From Verrucomicrobiota bacterium (GTDB taxonomy: Bacteria; Verrucomicrobiota; Verrucomicrobiia; Opitutales; Cerasicoccaceae): a stretch of 64,000 nt of DNA. The stretch is taken from assembly GCA_039818205.1 (NCBI GenBank), contig JBCBUK010000006.1:64001-128000 (forward strand), in the 5' to 3' direction. How positions within the stretch are numbered: the first letter of the stretch is position 1; every line of letters starts with the position of its first letter. Of this stretch, positions 1 through 11,563 are shown piece by piece. The position numbers and the translations under genes are program-made. Under the pieces are notes generated by a model. It was given only the letters and a program-made list of their open reading frames with translations. It had not been told where the DNA came from and ran no database searches.

Positions 1-541
1 CACCCGAGGTGAACCATCCGGATACGTTAAACCAGCCCAGGTTCAGCGCAAGTATAAGGACCAAGATTGGGCCAAGCACAAAGGTCGGTAGACAAATACC
101 GAGCATCGCTAAACTCATCGGGACATGGTCGGACCAGCTATGCGGCTTGTACGCAGCTAGGACCCCCACCAAGACCCCAACGCTAAGGGCAATGACCAAG
201 GCATAAAAACCAAGTTCCATTGACACCTTGATCTTCGGCCCCATTAGTTCGGCAACCGTCCAGCCCTCATAGCGAGTGGAATCTCCAAGGTCTCCCTGGA
301 TCAGTCCTTGGGTTTGCCCATCGGGGCGCTTTGCCACGCCCAAGAATCTCAAATACTGCAGCCAGATGGGATCGTTGAAACCGTATTGGCGTTCAATCGA
401 CTCCCGGACGAAATCTGGCACGTCTTTCTCGCGATCGAAGGCGTTGCCCGGGGCCAGGCGCATCATGAAAAACGCCATCGATGCCATGATTATTAGCACC
501 GGAATGGTTTCCAGCAGGCGTTTAAGTATGAGCGTTCCCAT
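1..541 (-). CDS. oppB: Oligopeptide/dipeptide ABC transporter permease (OppB/DppB type), truncated at window edge
   Basis: Not in the ORF track. Manual translation from ATG at 541: MGTLILKRLLETIPVLIIMASMAFFMMRLAPG...IQGDLGDS...IKVSMELGFYALVIAL...GICLPTFVLG, which are typical OppB N-terminal and TM motifs. Confidence 0.85.
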   Translation of the reverse strand, partial: MGTLILKRLLETIPVLIIMASMAFFMMRLAPGNAFDREKDVPDFVRESIERQYGFNDPIWLQYLRFLGVAKRPDGQTQGLIQGDLGDSTRYEGWTVAELMGPKIKVSMELGFYALVIALSVGVLVGVLAAYKPHSWSDHVPMSLAMLGICLPTFVLGPILVLILALNLGWFNVSGWFTSG

Positions 542-613
542 CGACTGGCTAACTACAGCAAGCTCTCTGCCGTTTTCCAAGAACGGAAATGGAGGTTTCG
601 TTCCCTAAGCCTG

Positions 614-1387
614 CTAACGTTTCCTCGCATAGATGAATTGAGAGACGCCGAAGCAGCGGACGCCCGGGATGGATTCGGCGGACTGAGAAACCTTGCGAAG
701 TGTGGGGCGGAGTTTTTGCAGCCATCCTGATTGGTCTCCGGAGATGCCTTCAAAGGTTTGCCATACGTAGGTCAGCTCCACGATTTCAAACCCGGCTTCG
801 CGGATCATCTTGCGGAGCTGCCAGGGCCAGTAATTGCGCGCCCAATAGTCGAGGAAACGCTCACCAATTGGCAAAGGAAGGTAGGGCACGAAGGGCGTCC
901 AAACCGGCAGCGATTTCCGGGTCTCAGGCTTAAGAGGCGCATTGCTTTTGAGGAAGACCCCATGCGACTCAAATGGGTAGAGGCGATTCGGCGAGAAGAC
1001 GAACAGGCGTCCGCCCTTGGCGAGGACACGGTGTGTTTCTACGAGGGCGCTACGATCGTCGGGCACGTGTTCTAGCACCTCGTTGAGCAAGAGGATCTCG
1101 AACTCGCCATCGTCGAATGGTAGCGCTTCCAAGTCGCCTTGTTGAACTGTTTCTGGTCCAAGACCCTTTGCCCGTGCCCGCTCGACTTTTTCGGGTAAAA
1201 ACTCAATTCCTTTCGCTTGCCAGCCTAAGGAATGGCAAGCCTTGACGTAATCGCCTGCGCCGCAACCGCCATCAAGAAACCGGGGCGCATCCACACCGTC
1301 GCAATGTTTTTGGAGAATTGAGAGCCGCTTCAATAGGTTGAGCGGCTTAGCGGTGTCGCCACCCGCAATGGCAATGGATTGCGGCAT
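614..1387 (-). CDS. Class I SAM-dependent methyltransferase
   Basis: FLDGGCGAG motif I, LPFDDGEFE, EVLEHV, RVLAKGG. Confidence 0.85.
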   Translation of the reverse strand: MPQSIAIAGGDTAKPLNLLKRLSILQKHCDGVDAPRFLDGGCGAGDYVKACHSLGWQAKGIEFLPEKVERARAKGLGPETVQQGDLEALPFDDGEFEILLLNEVLEHVPDDRSALVETHRVLAKGGRLFVFSPNRLYPFESHGVFLKSNAPLKPETRKSLPVWTPFVPYLPLPIGERFLDYWARNYWPWQLRKMIREAGFEIVELTYVWQTFEGISGDQSGWLQKLRPTLRKVSQSAESIPGVRCFGVSQFIYARKR

Positions 1388-1392
1388 CGGAT

Positions 1393-2709
1393 CTAGTTCG
1401 ACATTAGCAGCTCGTCCAGCGGGGTTGGTGCCTTGGCGGGTGCAATGGTCGGAAAATAGTTGATCGCTTCGGACTTACGCCCGACCCCAACTAAGCTGGA
1501 AAAGTAAGCCAGCCGAAACAGATCGTCCTGCGCGTCGCTGCCGCCGACCCGCGGTAGCAAATCAACTTTTGGTTCGATGGCTTGCAGCGCGCGGGAGTGG
1601 TCGCCCTGGCCCCAGGCGGCGCACGCTGCGCTGAAGTCGGCCCCGATGGTGTTCCAGGTGTTTTGCGCCTCGGTATCGGAACCCATCGCGCGTTCGCGGG
1701 CTTTGGCGACAGCAGCCTCGGCGGCTTCGACCTGGCCCGCACGCCCCAAGGCGTAGAGAAAGTGGCCTTCGAGGAACGGGATGATGCACTCGCCCGCGTG
1801 TGGGGCAACGTAGGCGGCGACTTCTTGCCAAAGCTCATCACTGGCTGGCGCTCCGGCTAAATCCATCCGCCACATGAGCGCAATCGCGTCGACTTGTTCG
1901 CCAACGTATTCAGGCATGATTCCCCAGATGTCTGACCTGAGGAGTTCGTCGCTGCGGGCCCAATCAGTCTGTTCTACGTAGAACAACGCCCGGTGCCATG
2001 CATTGTGGGCGTGGATGCCCCGGGCGCACTCCGGCCAGAATGCGGAAAAGCGTTCCATCTCGCGGACGCCTTCGTCGAGCTTGCCGGTGCGAATCAACAA
2101 GTGAGCGAGGGTGTGGTGCGACCAGGCCTGGCCGGGTGTCTGTTCCAAGGATACTTCCGCAGCAGCGCGGGCTTCGCCGTAGCGACCACACAGTTCAAAA
2201 GCAAAGGAGAGCATCGACAAAAAGCCTGGGTGATTACCATTGGCTTCCCGGAGGCGCATCATGTGCCAGAGGAAGCGCTCAGCGTTATAGTGTTGGCCGT
2301 GACAGTAGTACAGGAACTCCGAAATCTTGGCGGCTACGAGGTCCAGGGGATACTCGGTCGTGAGTTGCTCGAGTTGGTCGAGCGCCTTGTCAAATTCTCG
2401 CTGTTGGAAATAGTCGATTGCGGTTACGAACTGAATTTCCCGAGGCGTGGCGTCGGCCAACAACGCCCGCGCTCGTTCCAGCGGTTTCGCTGCCTCGGCC
2501 ATAGGGCCTGCTGCTTGCGAATAAATCATCAGCATGGCGGCATAGGCTTGAATCAAGGGGGTCGCTGGGTAGGTGTCGGCTTGCTTGAGGATGTCTTCGG
2601 CTCCTGGCAAAATGCCCAAGAGATTGTCTTCAAACGCTTCGATGGCGGCAACCGCTTCTTCGGATTCGGCGGTAACATCTAAGCCCCGCTGGGTTTTTAG
2701 CAATGGCAT
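1393..2709 (-). CDS. Tetratricopeptide repeat protein (TTC38-like)
   Basis: Helical repeats; AWSHHTLAH, HNAWHRALF and GGSDAQDD motifs recalled from the TTC38-like family. Confidence 0.7.
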   Translation of the reverse strand: MPLLKTQRGLDVTAESEEAVAAIEAFEDNLLGILPGAEDILKQADTYPATPLIQAYAAMLMIYSQAAGPMAEAAKPLERARALLADATPREIQFVTAIDYFQQREFDKALDQLEQLTTEYPLDLVAAKISEFLYYCHGQHYNAERFLWHMMRLREANGNHPGFLSMLSFAFELCGRYGEARAAAEVSLEQTPGQAWSHHTLAHLLIRTGKLDEGVREMERFSAFWPECARGIHAHNAWHRALFYVEQTDWARSDELLRSDIWGIMPEYVGEQVDAIALMWRMDLAGAPASDELWQEVAAYVAPHAGECIIPFLEGHFLYALGRAGQVEAAEAAVAKARERAMGSDTEAQNTWNTIGADFSAACAAWGQGDHSRALQAIEPKVDLLPRVGGSDAQDDLFRLAYFSSLVGVGRKSEAINYFPTIAPAKAPTPLDELLMSN

Positions 2710-2849
2710 GGGTGGAGCCTGGACGACGTCGACCGAAAACTCAACTTCAAGCCAGTGAACGAATCAAATTGTTTCATGGTGGCATTGACCGTTGATTCCT
2801 CGCTATCAAAGCTTGCCTCCGGCTAGAGCCTCCGAACAAGATACAGCTG

Positions 2850-3668
2850 ATGGATGAGTCGTATTTTGCTGAGGAGCCTGCATTTACCAAGGTCGAATCC
2901 CTCTTTTTACGCGGCCGAAACATCCTCCTGACCCGGGCTGATCTGGCACCATTGATGGATCAATGGCGAGATCATATCTCGCGGAATCATCTGGAGTTGC
3001 CGGTCGAACTGAAGGGGATGTTTCAGCGTGCCTTGGCGTGTTTTGCCCTTCATTGTGTTTCGCGCCCGCGCCGACAAACGCTTTCCTGGACCATTAATTT
3101 TCAGGAGCCGTTGGTGAATATGTTTTTAGTGGGCGATACCGACGAAGATTCCGTCGCGGGGCGCATCTTTGTGGACAACGTTGCGGAATCTGAACGCAAT
3201 AATTTCTACCAGGAAATTGGCAAGCGGGGGCAGGATCCATACCGTAGCTACATCGACTTTGAGAGCCGTGATCCGCTCGTGGCGGCCGAAGAATTCTATC
3301 GTCGCAGCGAGCAGCGACCCGCCCGCTTTTTTGCGTTGTCCGAAACCCGTTACGTGATGTTGAGTGCGCACCCGGATTGGGACCGCGATTGGTTTCACAG
3401 CATTGGTGAGGACGATGTTTTCACCCTCGATGAAAAAGAGGACCTGCACGATATCGAGTCACGCAAGGTAAAATGGGAATGTGGTTGCAGCGACCAACGA
3501 ATTTTTGCCGCCTTGGCTCCCATCTTCAGCCATTCTCCGGATGAGTTGTTTGGCGGAGATCCGATCATCACGGTCAACTGCCCCCGGTGCTCAGCAAAAT
3601 TCGGCATTACCCGCGAGGCAATGGAAGGTTGGATGGCCCAGCAAAACGATTCTAGCCAAAGCGCTTAG
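2850..3668 (+). CDS. hslO: Hsp33 family redox-regulated chaperone
   Basis: C-terminal Zn motif CGCS...CPRC; EEFYRRSEQRP. Confidence 0.8.
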   Translation: MDESYFAEEPAFTKVESLFLRGRNILLTRADLAPLMDQWRDHISRNHLELPVELKGMFQRALACFALHCVSRPRRQTLSWTINFQEPLVNMFLVGDTDEDSVAGRIFVDNVAESERNNFYQEIGKRGQDPYRSYIDFESRDPLVAAEEFYRRSEQRPARFFALSETRYVMLSAHPDWDRDWFHSIGEDDVFTLDEKEDLHDIESRKVKWECGCSDQRIFAALAPIFSHSPDELFGGDPIITVNCPRCSAKFGITREAMEGWMAQQNDSSQSA

Positions 3669-3673
3669 CCCTC

Positions 3674-5098
3674 CTAGAAATCAACCACCCAGAAGCTCCC
3701 TTGGGAAACCTTGGAGGCCTGTTGGGCGGGGATCCAGCGCTCTTCAAATTCTGGGCCCCAAGAGTCGGTGACCGCAATTTCGTCGGTCTCTTCATTGTAG
3801 CCAACAATGAGGCACATGTGACCCATTTCGCGATCGGCTTCAAGGTCATCGACGTCCTTGAGTTTGTCTTTGAGCTCGTCCTTCCACTCCTTGGCGGTGG
3901 CAAACTGCTTACGGCTACTGGTAAAGGCATTCACCAGGGCGTTGTATTCGGTGGTTGAGTACATGCCCCACATGACGGGTTGCCCTTGGTCGATATACTT
4001 TGCGATGGCGCTGGCCTTGAGGCGGACATTGACGTCTTCGAGTTTGCGACCCGCGCTCTTGACGTATCGCTCGGTGCCTTCGACTAAATCGCTCGCGTAG
4101 GTTCCGCCACCAATTGCGGTCTCGCCAGCCATTGCTAGCAAATACATGTCCGCGCGGATGCCCATATACCGCAGGGTTCGTTCGAGCGTGGCTGGCACGC
4201 AATAGCCCTTGGGTCCCTGATTGACCATAGGAATGTTGCGAATGATGACATCGCCGTTGCCGCGCTCTTCCACGTTGGCTTTCGCGGCGGATTTCAGCTC
4301 GGACGTTGCGACCCGTTCTGGCCGGCCGCGGTTGTCGGCAAGTTTGGTTGGCATGATGCGTAGCGCGACGTATTCTTCATCCTGAACGGCGAGCAGGATG
4401 GCGTGACCATTCCAGTCCCATCGCTGCAGGCGCTCTTTCATGCTCCTGCCGGCTGCCGTGGTTTGTTGTTCGGCCGGGCCTAAGGTTGCGAGTTTTTGCT
4501 CCAGCGTCTTGCCATCCGCTTCAACCGCGGTTTTGACGGCCTCCTTGATTTGTTTTTTGCTCATCGCGAAGGCGTTTCCGGCGGAATCACCTTTGTTGGC
4601 AAAGACGATTGAGATCATGTCGACCTTGCCATCCTGGCCGTAAAGGGCCGAGGAGTGGGGGCGGGCAGATAAGATGCGGTCGTCTTCGCCGTTGTATTTG
4701 CGGAAACTGGATTGAGACTGCGTTTTTGATTCCTGGGGCCAGTCAAGGCGCTTGGCAACCTCGGCGGCATTGTCATCCCACAGGTTGCCGTCGGTAAACA
4801 ACTCAACGCCGAGGAGTTCATTCATCTGCTTGATTTCATCGGCGTCCACTTCCTTGGGCGCAGGTGGTGTCCAGTTGCGGACAAACTCCTGATCAGCGTC
4901 GGACAGACGGTTGAGGGGAATCGTAAACTGTTTGCCATCGTCCCGAAGGATCGTGACTTTATCGCCACCAGTGTATTCGACGATTTCGGCTTCCATGGTT
5001 CGACCCGATGCGTCAGTAAACGTTCGGGCGGAGACAAGCGAACAACCAAGGGCTAGTGCGGTGATCGCAATTTTGAGGTAGGGGGGACGTTCAAACAT
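3674..5098 (-). CDS. Secreted SHD1-like domain + C39-like (papain-fold) cysteine peptidase
   Basis: Signal peptide; RTFTDASGR...IPLNRLSDADQEFV; QGPKGYCVPA, HMCLIVGY, DSWG (Cys-His-Asp). Confidence 0.75.
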   Translation of the reverse strand: MFERPPYLKIAITALALGCSLVSARTFTDASGRTMEAEIVEYTGGDKVTILRDDGKQFTIPLNRLSDADQEFVRNWTPPAPKEVDADEIKQMNELLGVELFTDGNLWDDNAAEVAKRLDWPQESKTQSQSSFRKYNGEDDRILSARPHSSALYGQDGKVDMISIVFANKGDSAGNAFAMSKKQIKEAVKTAVEADGKTLEQKLATLGPAEQQTTAAGRSMKERLQRWDWNGHAILLAVQDEEYVALRIMPTKLADNRGRPERVATSELKSAAKANVEERGNGDVIIRNIPMVNQGPKGYCVPATLERTLRYMGIRADMYLLAMAGETAIGGGTYASDLVEGTERYVKSAGRKLEDVNVRLKASAIAKYIDQGQPVMWGMYSTTEYNALVNAFTSSRKQFATAKEWKDELKDKLKDVDDLEADREMGHMCLIVGYNEETDEIAVTDSWGPEFEERWIPAQQASKVSQGSFWVVDF

Positions 5099-5143
5099 GG
5101 TTATCCTTTAGGACAGCGATTCTCGGGAAATGTCTCGAAGATA

Positions 5144-6373
5144 TTAGGCTGCGGGTGCCCGCCTGTTCCAGACGCGGCGGTCCAGAATCCAGAGGACCAC
5201 AAAGACCATGACCGTGAAATAAACACTGGCCATAAGTAATATCACATACAATTCATCGAAGGACTCATTGACGAGATTTTGACGCATCACTTCAGCATCT
5301 TCGACTAGGGCTCGGCGCTCGCTGGATAACAGCTGCTCAACGCTGCGCAACTGCTCGTTTAGGTCCTCGGTCAGAGCAATTCGATTTAGGGCAACCTCAT
5401 CCATGACGATCTTGCGCTCTCCCGCAAGGTCCCGCATGATCACCTGGCGTTCAGCCTGTAACGCTGTAATTGAGCGATCCAGCTTCGCCTCAAGATCTTG
5501 CATAATCGCAATTCGTTCTTGAGTAAGCATTTCCGGAATATTCGCCATGGTTTTCTCGGCCTGGTTGAGCGTTGCTTGTGAGTCGAGTAATAGCGCATCC
5601 ACCCGCTCAGCAACGCCCTCAGGATCGATTGGACCGAGGTTCTCGTAAGCAAGAATTTCCATTTCCCAACGGGCTTGGCTCGGCAATTGAGCGCTCAGGA
5701 CGTCGATCTTGTAGTTCAGGTCGTCCATTGTGGTCACTACTGCATCCACTGCCGCCCCGATGGACATATCGAGTTCCATGCTGATCTCGGAGGCGTCTTC
5801 GTAGATGGATTCACGGGACTCCAAGCTGCCCATTATTGGGTGTTCGCTCGCCCATTCCCGCATGACGAATCGGGCCTTGCCTGGGTCGCCGGTGGTGGTC
5901 ACGCTGTCCATATACTCCCGGATAGTATCAGCAATCTCTTTGGTGCAATCGTAAGCTATTGGTGCGTAAGACTTAAAGTCATCCGATCCTTGCCCGTTTT
6001 CGAAGTAATCCATCATCTGGTAGCTCAGGGCCAGCGTATCGAGGACGGCAAACTTCGGGTTGTTGGCAAATAGCGTCTCCCGGTAGAGCGGCACGGCAGT
6101 CGCTTTCCATTTGATGGCGGCCAGTCGCACGTCGGGATCATCGGTTTGCTCCATGATCTCGTTGGCGGTATCGATAATGCCTCCGGTGATCGGATTGATC
6201 GTTGCTCGGGCTTGCAAGCGGAGTTGTTCGCGAGTCACCCGCAGTCCTTCGATCATTTCCGCGCGTTCGTTGACCTGCCCAAAAATCAGGCTGCGGCAAC
6301 CCGTTAAGTTGAGTGCAAACAGCAAGAGAAGGGCGCCGAGCAGCGGGCGGAGGCAATGAGCAGCGAGCGTCAT
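5144..6373 (-). CDS. Hypothetical lipoprotein with coiled-coil region and C-terminal TM helix
   Basis: 409-aa ORF; lipobox-like LNLTGC; C-terminal hydrophobic LYVILLMASVYFTVMVFVVLWIL. Confidence 0.65.
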   Translation of the reverse strand: MTLAAHCLRPLLGALLLLFALNLTGCRSLIFGQVNERAEMIEGLRVTREQLRLQARATINPITGGIIDTANEIMEQTDDPDVRLAAIKWKATAVPLYRETLFANNPKFAVLDTLALSYQMMDYFENGQGSDDFKSYAPIAYDCTKEIADTIREYMDSVTTTGDPGKARFVMREWASEHPIMGSLESRESIYEDASEISMELDMSIGAAVDAVVTTMDDLNYKIDVLSAQLPSQARWEMEILAYENLGPIDPEGVAERVDALLLDSQATLNQAEKTMANIPEMLTQERIAIMQDLEAKLDRSITALQAERQVIMRDLAGERKIVMDEVALNRIALTEDLNEQLRSVEQLLSSERRALVEDAEVMRQNLVNESFDELYVILLMASVYFTVMVFVVLWILDRRVWNRRAPAA

Positions 6374-6498
6374 TTGCCCCTCATTGAGAGCGATTTACGC
6401 GTTCATGACAAGGCCTTAGCCGTCTATAGAGCACCGACATCATTCGGCGTTTTCGCGCTTGCCAGGGGTGGGTGAATCTGGCTTTATGGGATGTTTTC

Positions 6499-6613
6499 GC
6501 TCGGGCGAGTTTCTCGCTGGGGCTTTCGTTTTATTCACTGATTAACCAATCTACTTAACATTCAACCCGAATTTGGGGCCTGCTCCAAGTTCGTACATCC
6601 TACCAAACCACAT
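6499..6613 (+). promoter_or_regulatory. Structured rpsA 5' leader (two hairpins, A/U-rich spacer, no SD)
   Basis: Hairpins at 6499-6523 and 6568-6593 separated by an A/T-rich tract. Confidence 0.45.
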
Positions 6614-8275
<1,662 letters not shown>

Positions 8276-8298
8276 GCCCAACACACGACGCTTTAACC

Positions 8299-8330
8299 AA
8301 AACCCCGGTCACTTACGGCCGGGGTTTTTT
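8299..8330 (+). terminator. Intrinsic terminator of rpsA
   Basis: AAAACCCCGGTC-ACTTAC-GGCCGGGGTTTTTT. Confidence 0.9.
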
Positions 8331-8336
8331 CGAACC

Positions 8337-8426
8337 CCAACGTGCCGTTGGATCCAGTCTGCCACTCGCATTGCTCGAACGGAACATGGAACTAGGCGAA
8401 GTGGTGCGCTCCGAACCGCACGTTGG
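8337..8426. repeat. Dispersed intergenic repeat, copy 1 (terminal inverted repeat CCAACGTGC/GCACGTTGG)
   Basis: First 45 nt are 36/45 identical to 32170-32214. Confidence 0.65.
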
Positions 8427-8486
8427 TGGGGTTAGCGGCACGTTTTCGAGGTCCTGAAAGTCATGGCACCTTGCGGTTAAGATTGG

Positions 8487-9356
8487 TTACTTGTGGTAGT
8501 CGCCGGAGCCAAAATGAAAAGCGATAGTTCCTTCAATAACCTCTTCGGGTATTGGTCCAAAGTGACGGCTGTCGTAGGACTCCATGCGGTTGTCGCCCAT
8601 CACGAAGTATGTGCCTTTCGGAACAGAAATGGGTTCGGGCGGGAAGAATTTTTCGATAAATTTATTAAAGGCTCGGGGCTCGTTTTGAAACATCTCCTCA
8701 AACAGGGACATCGTTGCCTGCTGAGTAACATAGGGTTCGGGCGGCTCTTGGCCATTGATGATCGGGCGGCCGTTGCTTAGGTCGATCGTATCTCCGGGGA
8801 GCCCGATAACTCGTTTCATGTAGAGTGTTGGCTTAGGCTTTGGAGAAAACCCATTTGATGTTGGGGTTGGGGCCCAAAACACGATGATGTCACCCCGCTT
8901 TAGTTCGCGGACTTGCTTGTCGATGATGACAATATCCCTTCTATCGACCGTGGGTTCCATCGAGGCGGTTGGGATCTGGAACACGATCCCGGCGCGCCCT
9001 TGGAATGCCATTTTTAATGCGGTCGTAACACCGTAATCAATAAATGATGCGAGCAGAAAGAAGCCGAAGTAGTAAAACCATCGATTGAATTGTGAGAGAC
9101 TTTCCACGCCGCGGCCAGCCAGGCGAATCTGTTCAACAACGACGAGGATTCGAAAGGTGACCAACGTGACATACATTGCAATAGACAACCACAGCCAGCT
9201 TTGGAGGTAGGCAGTTGCCGCCGCGAGTACACCCAGTACAGGAAATCCAAATAGGTAAAGCAGCGCTTTCTTGACCCGCGCGTTGTACAAGGCACCCAAG
9301 CCCGGAATCAATAATGCGAGCAGGCCAGCGAGAAATCGGTTTCTTTTGATGGGCAT
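8487..9356 (-). CDS. lepB: Signal peptidase I with extended N-terminal membrane region
   Basis: IPTASMEPT (Ser), YMKRVIGLPGD (Lys), GDNRMESYDSRHFG. Confidence 0.92.
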   Translation of the reverse strand: MPIKRNRFLAGLLALLIPGLGALYNARVKKALLYLFGFPVLGVLAAATAYLQSWLWLSIAMYVTLVTFRILVVVEQIRLAGRGVESLSQFNRWFYYFGFFLLASFIDYGVTTALKMAFQGRAGIVFQIPTASMEPTVDRRDIVIIDKQVRELKRGDIIVFWAPTPTSNGFSPKPKPTLYMKRVIGLPGDTIDLSNGRPIINGQEPPEPYVTQQATMSLFEEMFQNEPRAFNKFIEKFFPPEPISVPKGTYFVMGDNRMESYDSRHFGPIPEEVIEGTIAFHFGSGDYHK

Positions 9357-9543
9357 TCTAAATGGAGTACGGGAATATCTGATAGTACAAGATTGTTAGT
9401 TACAAACTAATGTGGCCGATTATCGCGCGTTAGACAGCCAAAGAGTTTTTCGGTTGGTTGCAATCTCTAGGTGAACCTTAACGACAGACGCCGCATTGCC
9501 TCAAAGACTTGACGCGTCCCTGATCAACCTCCAATTAGCGAGC

Positions 9544-10353
9544 ATGGATTTGATCGACAGTCATTGTCACCTGGAGAAGTTTTATCAGCGCGGGATGTTG
9601 GACGATGTTTTGGCGCGGGCGGAGGAAGCTGGGGTGCGCCGCATGATTACGGTGGGCACGTCGCTGGACGACTGGGCGCTTTACCGAGACCTCGCAAAGA
9701 AGTATCCGGGAAAGGTTTATTGGACCGCGGGTTTGCACCCGTGTCATGTCGATGACGGTTGGCGGGATCAAGTCACCGCGCTGTCGACTTATTTTTCCGA
9801 CACGCCATCGCCCGTGGCCTTGGGTGAGATCGGGCTCGACTATTTTCACCTGCCGAAGTTTCCCGATGAGGCCGCGGAGTTGAAGAAGCACCAGGCGAAT
9901 GCGTTTCGCACGCAGTTGGACTTGGCGTTTCAATTTGATATGCCGGTGATCATTCATTCGCGCAATGCCTTCGACGACACCTTGGCGATGCTCAAGGAGG
10001 CAAAATTCCCTGGCGAGCGCGTGGTGTTCCATTGTTTTGCGGAAGGCGCTGAAGAAATGAAGCGACTGAACGAGTATGGCGGTCGCGGCTCATTCACGGG
10101 CGTCGCTACCTACAAGAGCGCGGAGAATGTTCGCGAGGCAGTTAAGGAGCAGGGGCCTGAGCGTGCCATGGTCGAAACCGATGCGCCCTATCTGGCACCC
10201 GTTCCGCATCGCGGTAAGGAATGCGAACCCGCGCACGTGTACCTGACGACGAACCAATGCGCGCAGGTTTTAGGAATGAATTCCGAGGCCTTCGCCGCCC
10301 AGGCGACTGCAAATACCGAGGCGTTTTTCGGTCTCGATAAGCAAGGTGACTAG
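9544..10353 (+). CDS. tatD: TatD family hydrolase/DNase
   Basis: IDSHCHL, GLHP, GEIGLDY, IIHSR, VFHCF, ETDAPYL; start taken at MDLIDSH. Confidence 0.93.
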   Translation: MDLIDSHCHLEKFYQRGMLDDVLARAEEAGVRRMITVGTSLDDWALYRDLAKKYPGKVYWTAGLHPCHVDDGWRDQVTALSTYFSDTPSPVALGEIGLDYFHLPKFPDEAAELKKHQANAFRTQLDLAFQFDMPVIIHSRNAFDDTLAMLKEAKFPGERVVFHCFAEGAEEMKRLNEYGGRGSFTGVATYKSAENVREAVKEQGPERAMVETDAPYLAPVPHRGKECEPAHVYLTTNQCAQVLGMNSEAFAAQATANTEAFFGLDKQGD

Positions 10354-10447
10354 ATCGCCCCGTGGGTGATTCCAGGGTTGAGAAATCGCGGGAAATTTCT
10401 CTAGATTGAACGATTGGTTTAATTTTTTGAAAGAGTTGCCGGGTAAA

Positions 10448-11320
10448 ATGAGCACCGAATCCACCACCGAGTCCGCCAAGGACAGCGTATTGATTGCCGC
10501 GATGTATCGCTTCTTCGATTTCCCAGATTTCGAGGAGTGGATTCCGCGTATCCAGGCTGTGTGCAACACCGGAAAGTTGCGCGGCATGTTGCTGATGGCG
10601 ACCGAAGGGCTCAATGGCACCATCGCTGGCCCGGAGAAAGGCATCCGCGAACTCATTGAGTTTCTGCAAAGCGAGCCGCGTATTAACGGCATGGAGGTCA
10701 AATATTCACGTTCTGAGTTTAACCCCTTTAAGCGCGACATCGTGCGCATCCGCCGGAAGAAAGAAATCGTTACCATGGGGGTCCCCGGGATCGATCCATT
10801 AACTCAAGCCGGTACTTACGTGAAGCCCGCGGAATGGAACGATCTCATTGCCGATCCCGATGTCGTGCTGATCGATGTTCGCAACGACTACGAAACCGCG
10901 CTTGGCAAGTTCGAGGGAGCGATCGCGCCCAACACCGAAGACTTCCGCCATTTCCCGGAATGGGTGAAGGAGAATCTCAATCCGGATAAAAACAAGAAGG
11001 TTGCGATGTATTGCACCGGCGGTATCCGGTGTGAGAAGGCGACCGCGCTGATGCGCCAGGAAGGATTTGAAGAAGTCTACCACTTGCATGGCGGCATCTT
11101 GCGCTACCTGGAAGAGACACCGACGGACTCTACGAAATGGGAAGGTGAGTGCTTTGTCTTCGACCACCGGGTATCCGTGGACCACAACCTCGAGCGTGGA
11201 CAATACGAATTACGTTGGGCTTGCGGGCACCCGAAGACCATCGATGGGGACGGCGAAGAATGCCCGATATGTCATTTTCGTGAAGATACCAACGATGATA
11301 AATCAGAGCTGAAATTGTAA
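10448..11320 (+). CDS. trhO: tRNA uridine(34) hydroxylase, rhodanese-related (UPF0176)
   Basis: EGLNGTI, IDVRNDYE, MYCTGGIRCEKA, LHGGILRY, GECFVFDHR. Confidence 0.9.
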   Translation: MSTESTTESAKDSVLIAAMYRFFDFPDFEEWIPRIQAVCNTGKLRGMLLMATEGLNGTIAGPEKGIRELIEFLQSEPRINGMEVKYSRSEFNPFKRDIVRIRRKKEIVTMGVPGIDPLTQAGTYVKPAEWNDLIADPDVVLIDVRNDYETALGKFEGAIAPNTEDFRHFPEWVKENLNPDKNKKVAMYCTGGIRCEKATALMRQEGFEEVYHLHGGILRYLEETPTDSTKWEGECFVFDHRVSVDHNLERGQYELRWACGHPKTIDGDGEECPICHFREDTNDDKSELKL

Positions 11321-11347
11321 TTTTCACCCGGCGGATGTTCCGCTATA

Positions 11348-11563
11348 GTGCCGTTCATGTCAGATCAAGCAGGACAAGGTTCGGCCGGCAATGTCATCGC
11401 GGCCCTGTGTAGTTTTTTCTTCCCGGGGCTTGGTCAATTGCTGCAAGGCCGACTTTTTATCGCCATTTTTATGTTCCTTACCGCGACGGTGCTTTGGGTC
11501 ATCTTCATGGGATGGATTATCCACCTGTGGTCGACTCTCGACGCTGCGATGTGGAAACCGTAG
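11348..11563 (+). CDS. Small membrane protein (PGLGQ motif)
   Basis: AALCSFFFPGLGQLLQGR followed by a hydrophobic helix. Confidence 0.7.
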   Translation: MPFMSDQAGQGSAGNVIAALCSFFFPGLGQLLQGRLFIAIFMFLTATVLWVIFMGWIIHLWSTLDAAMWKP

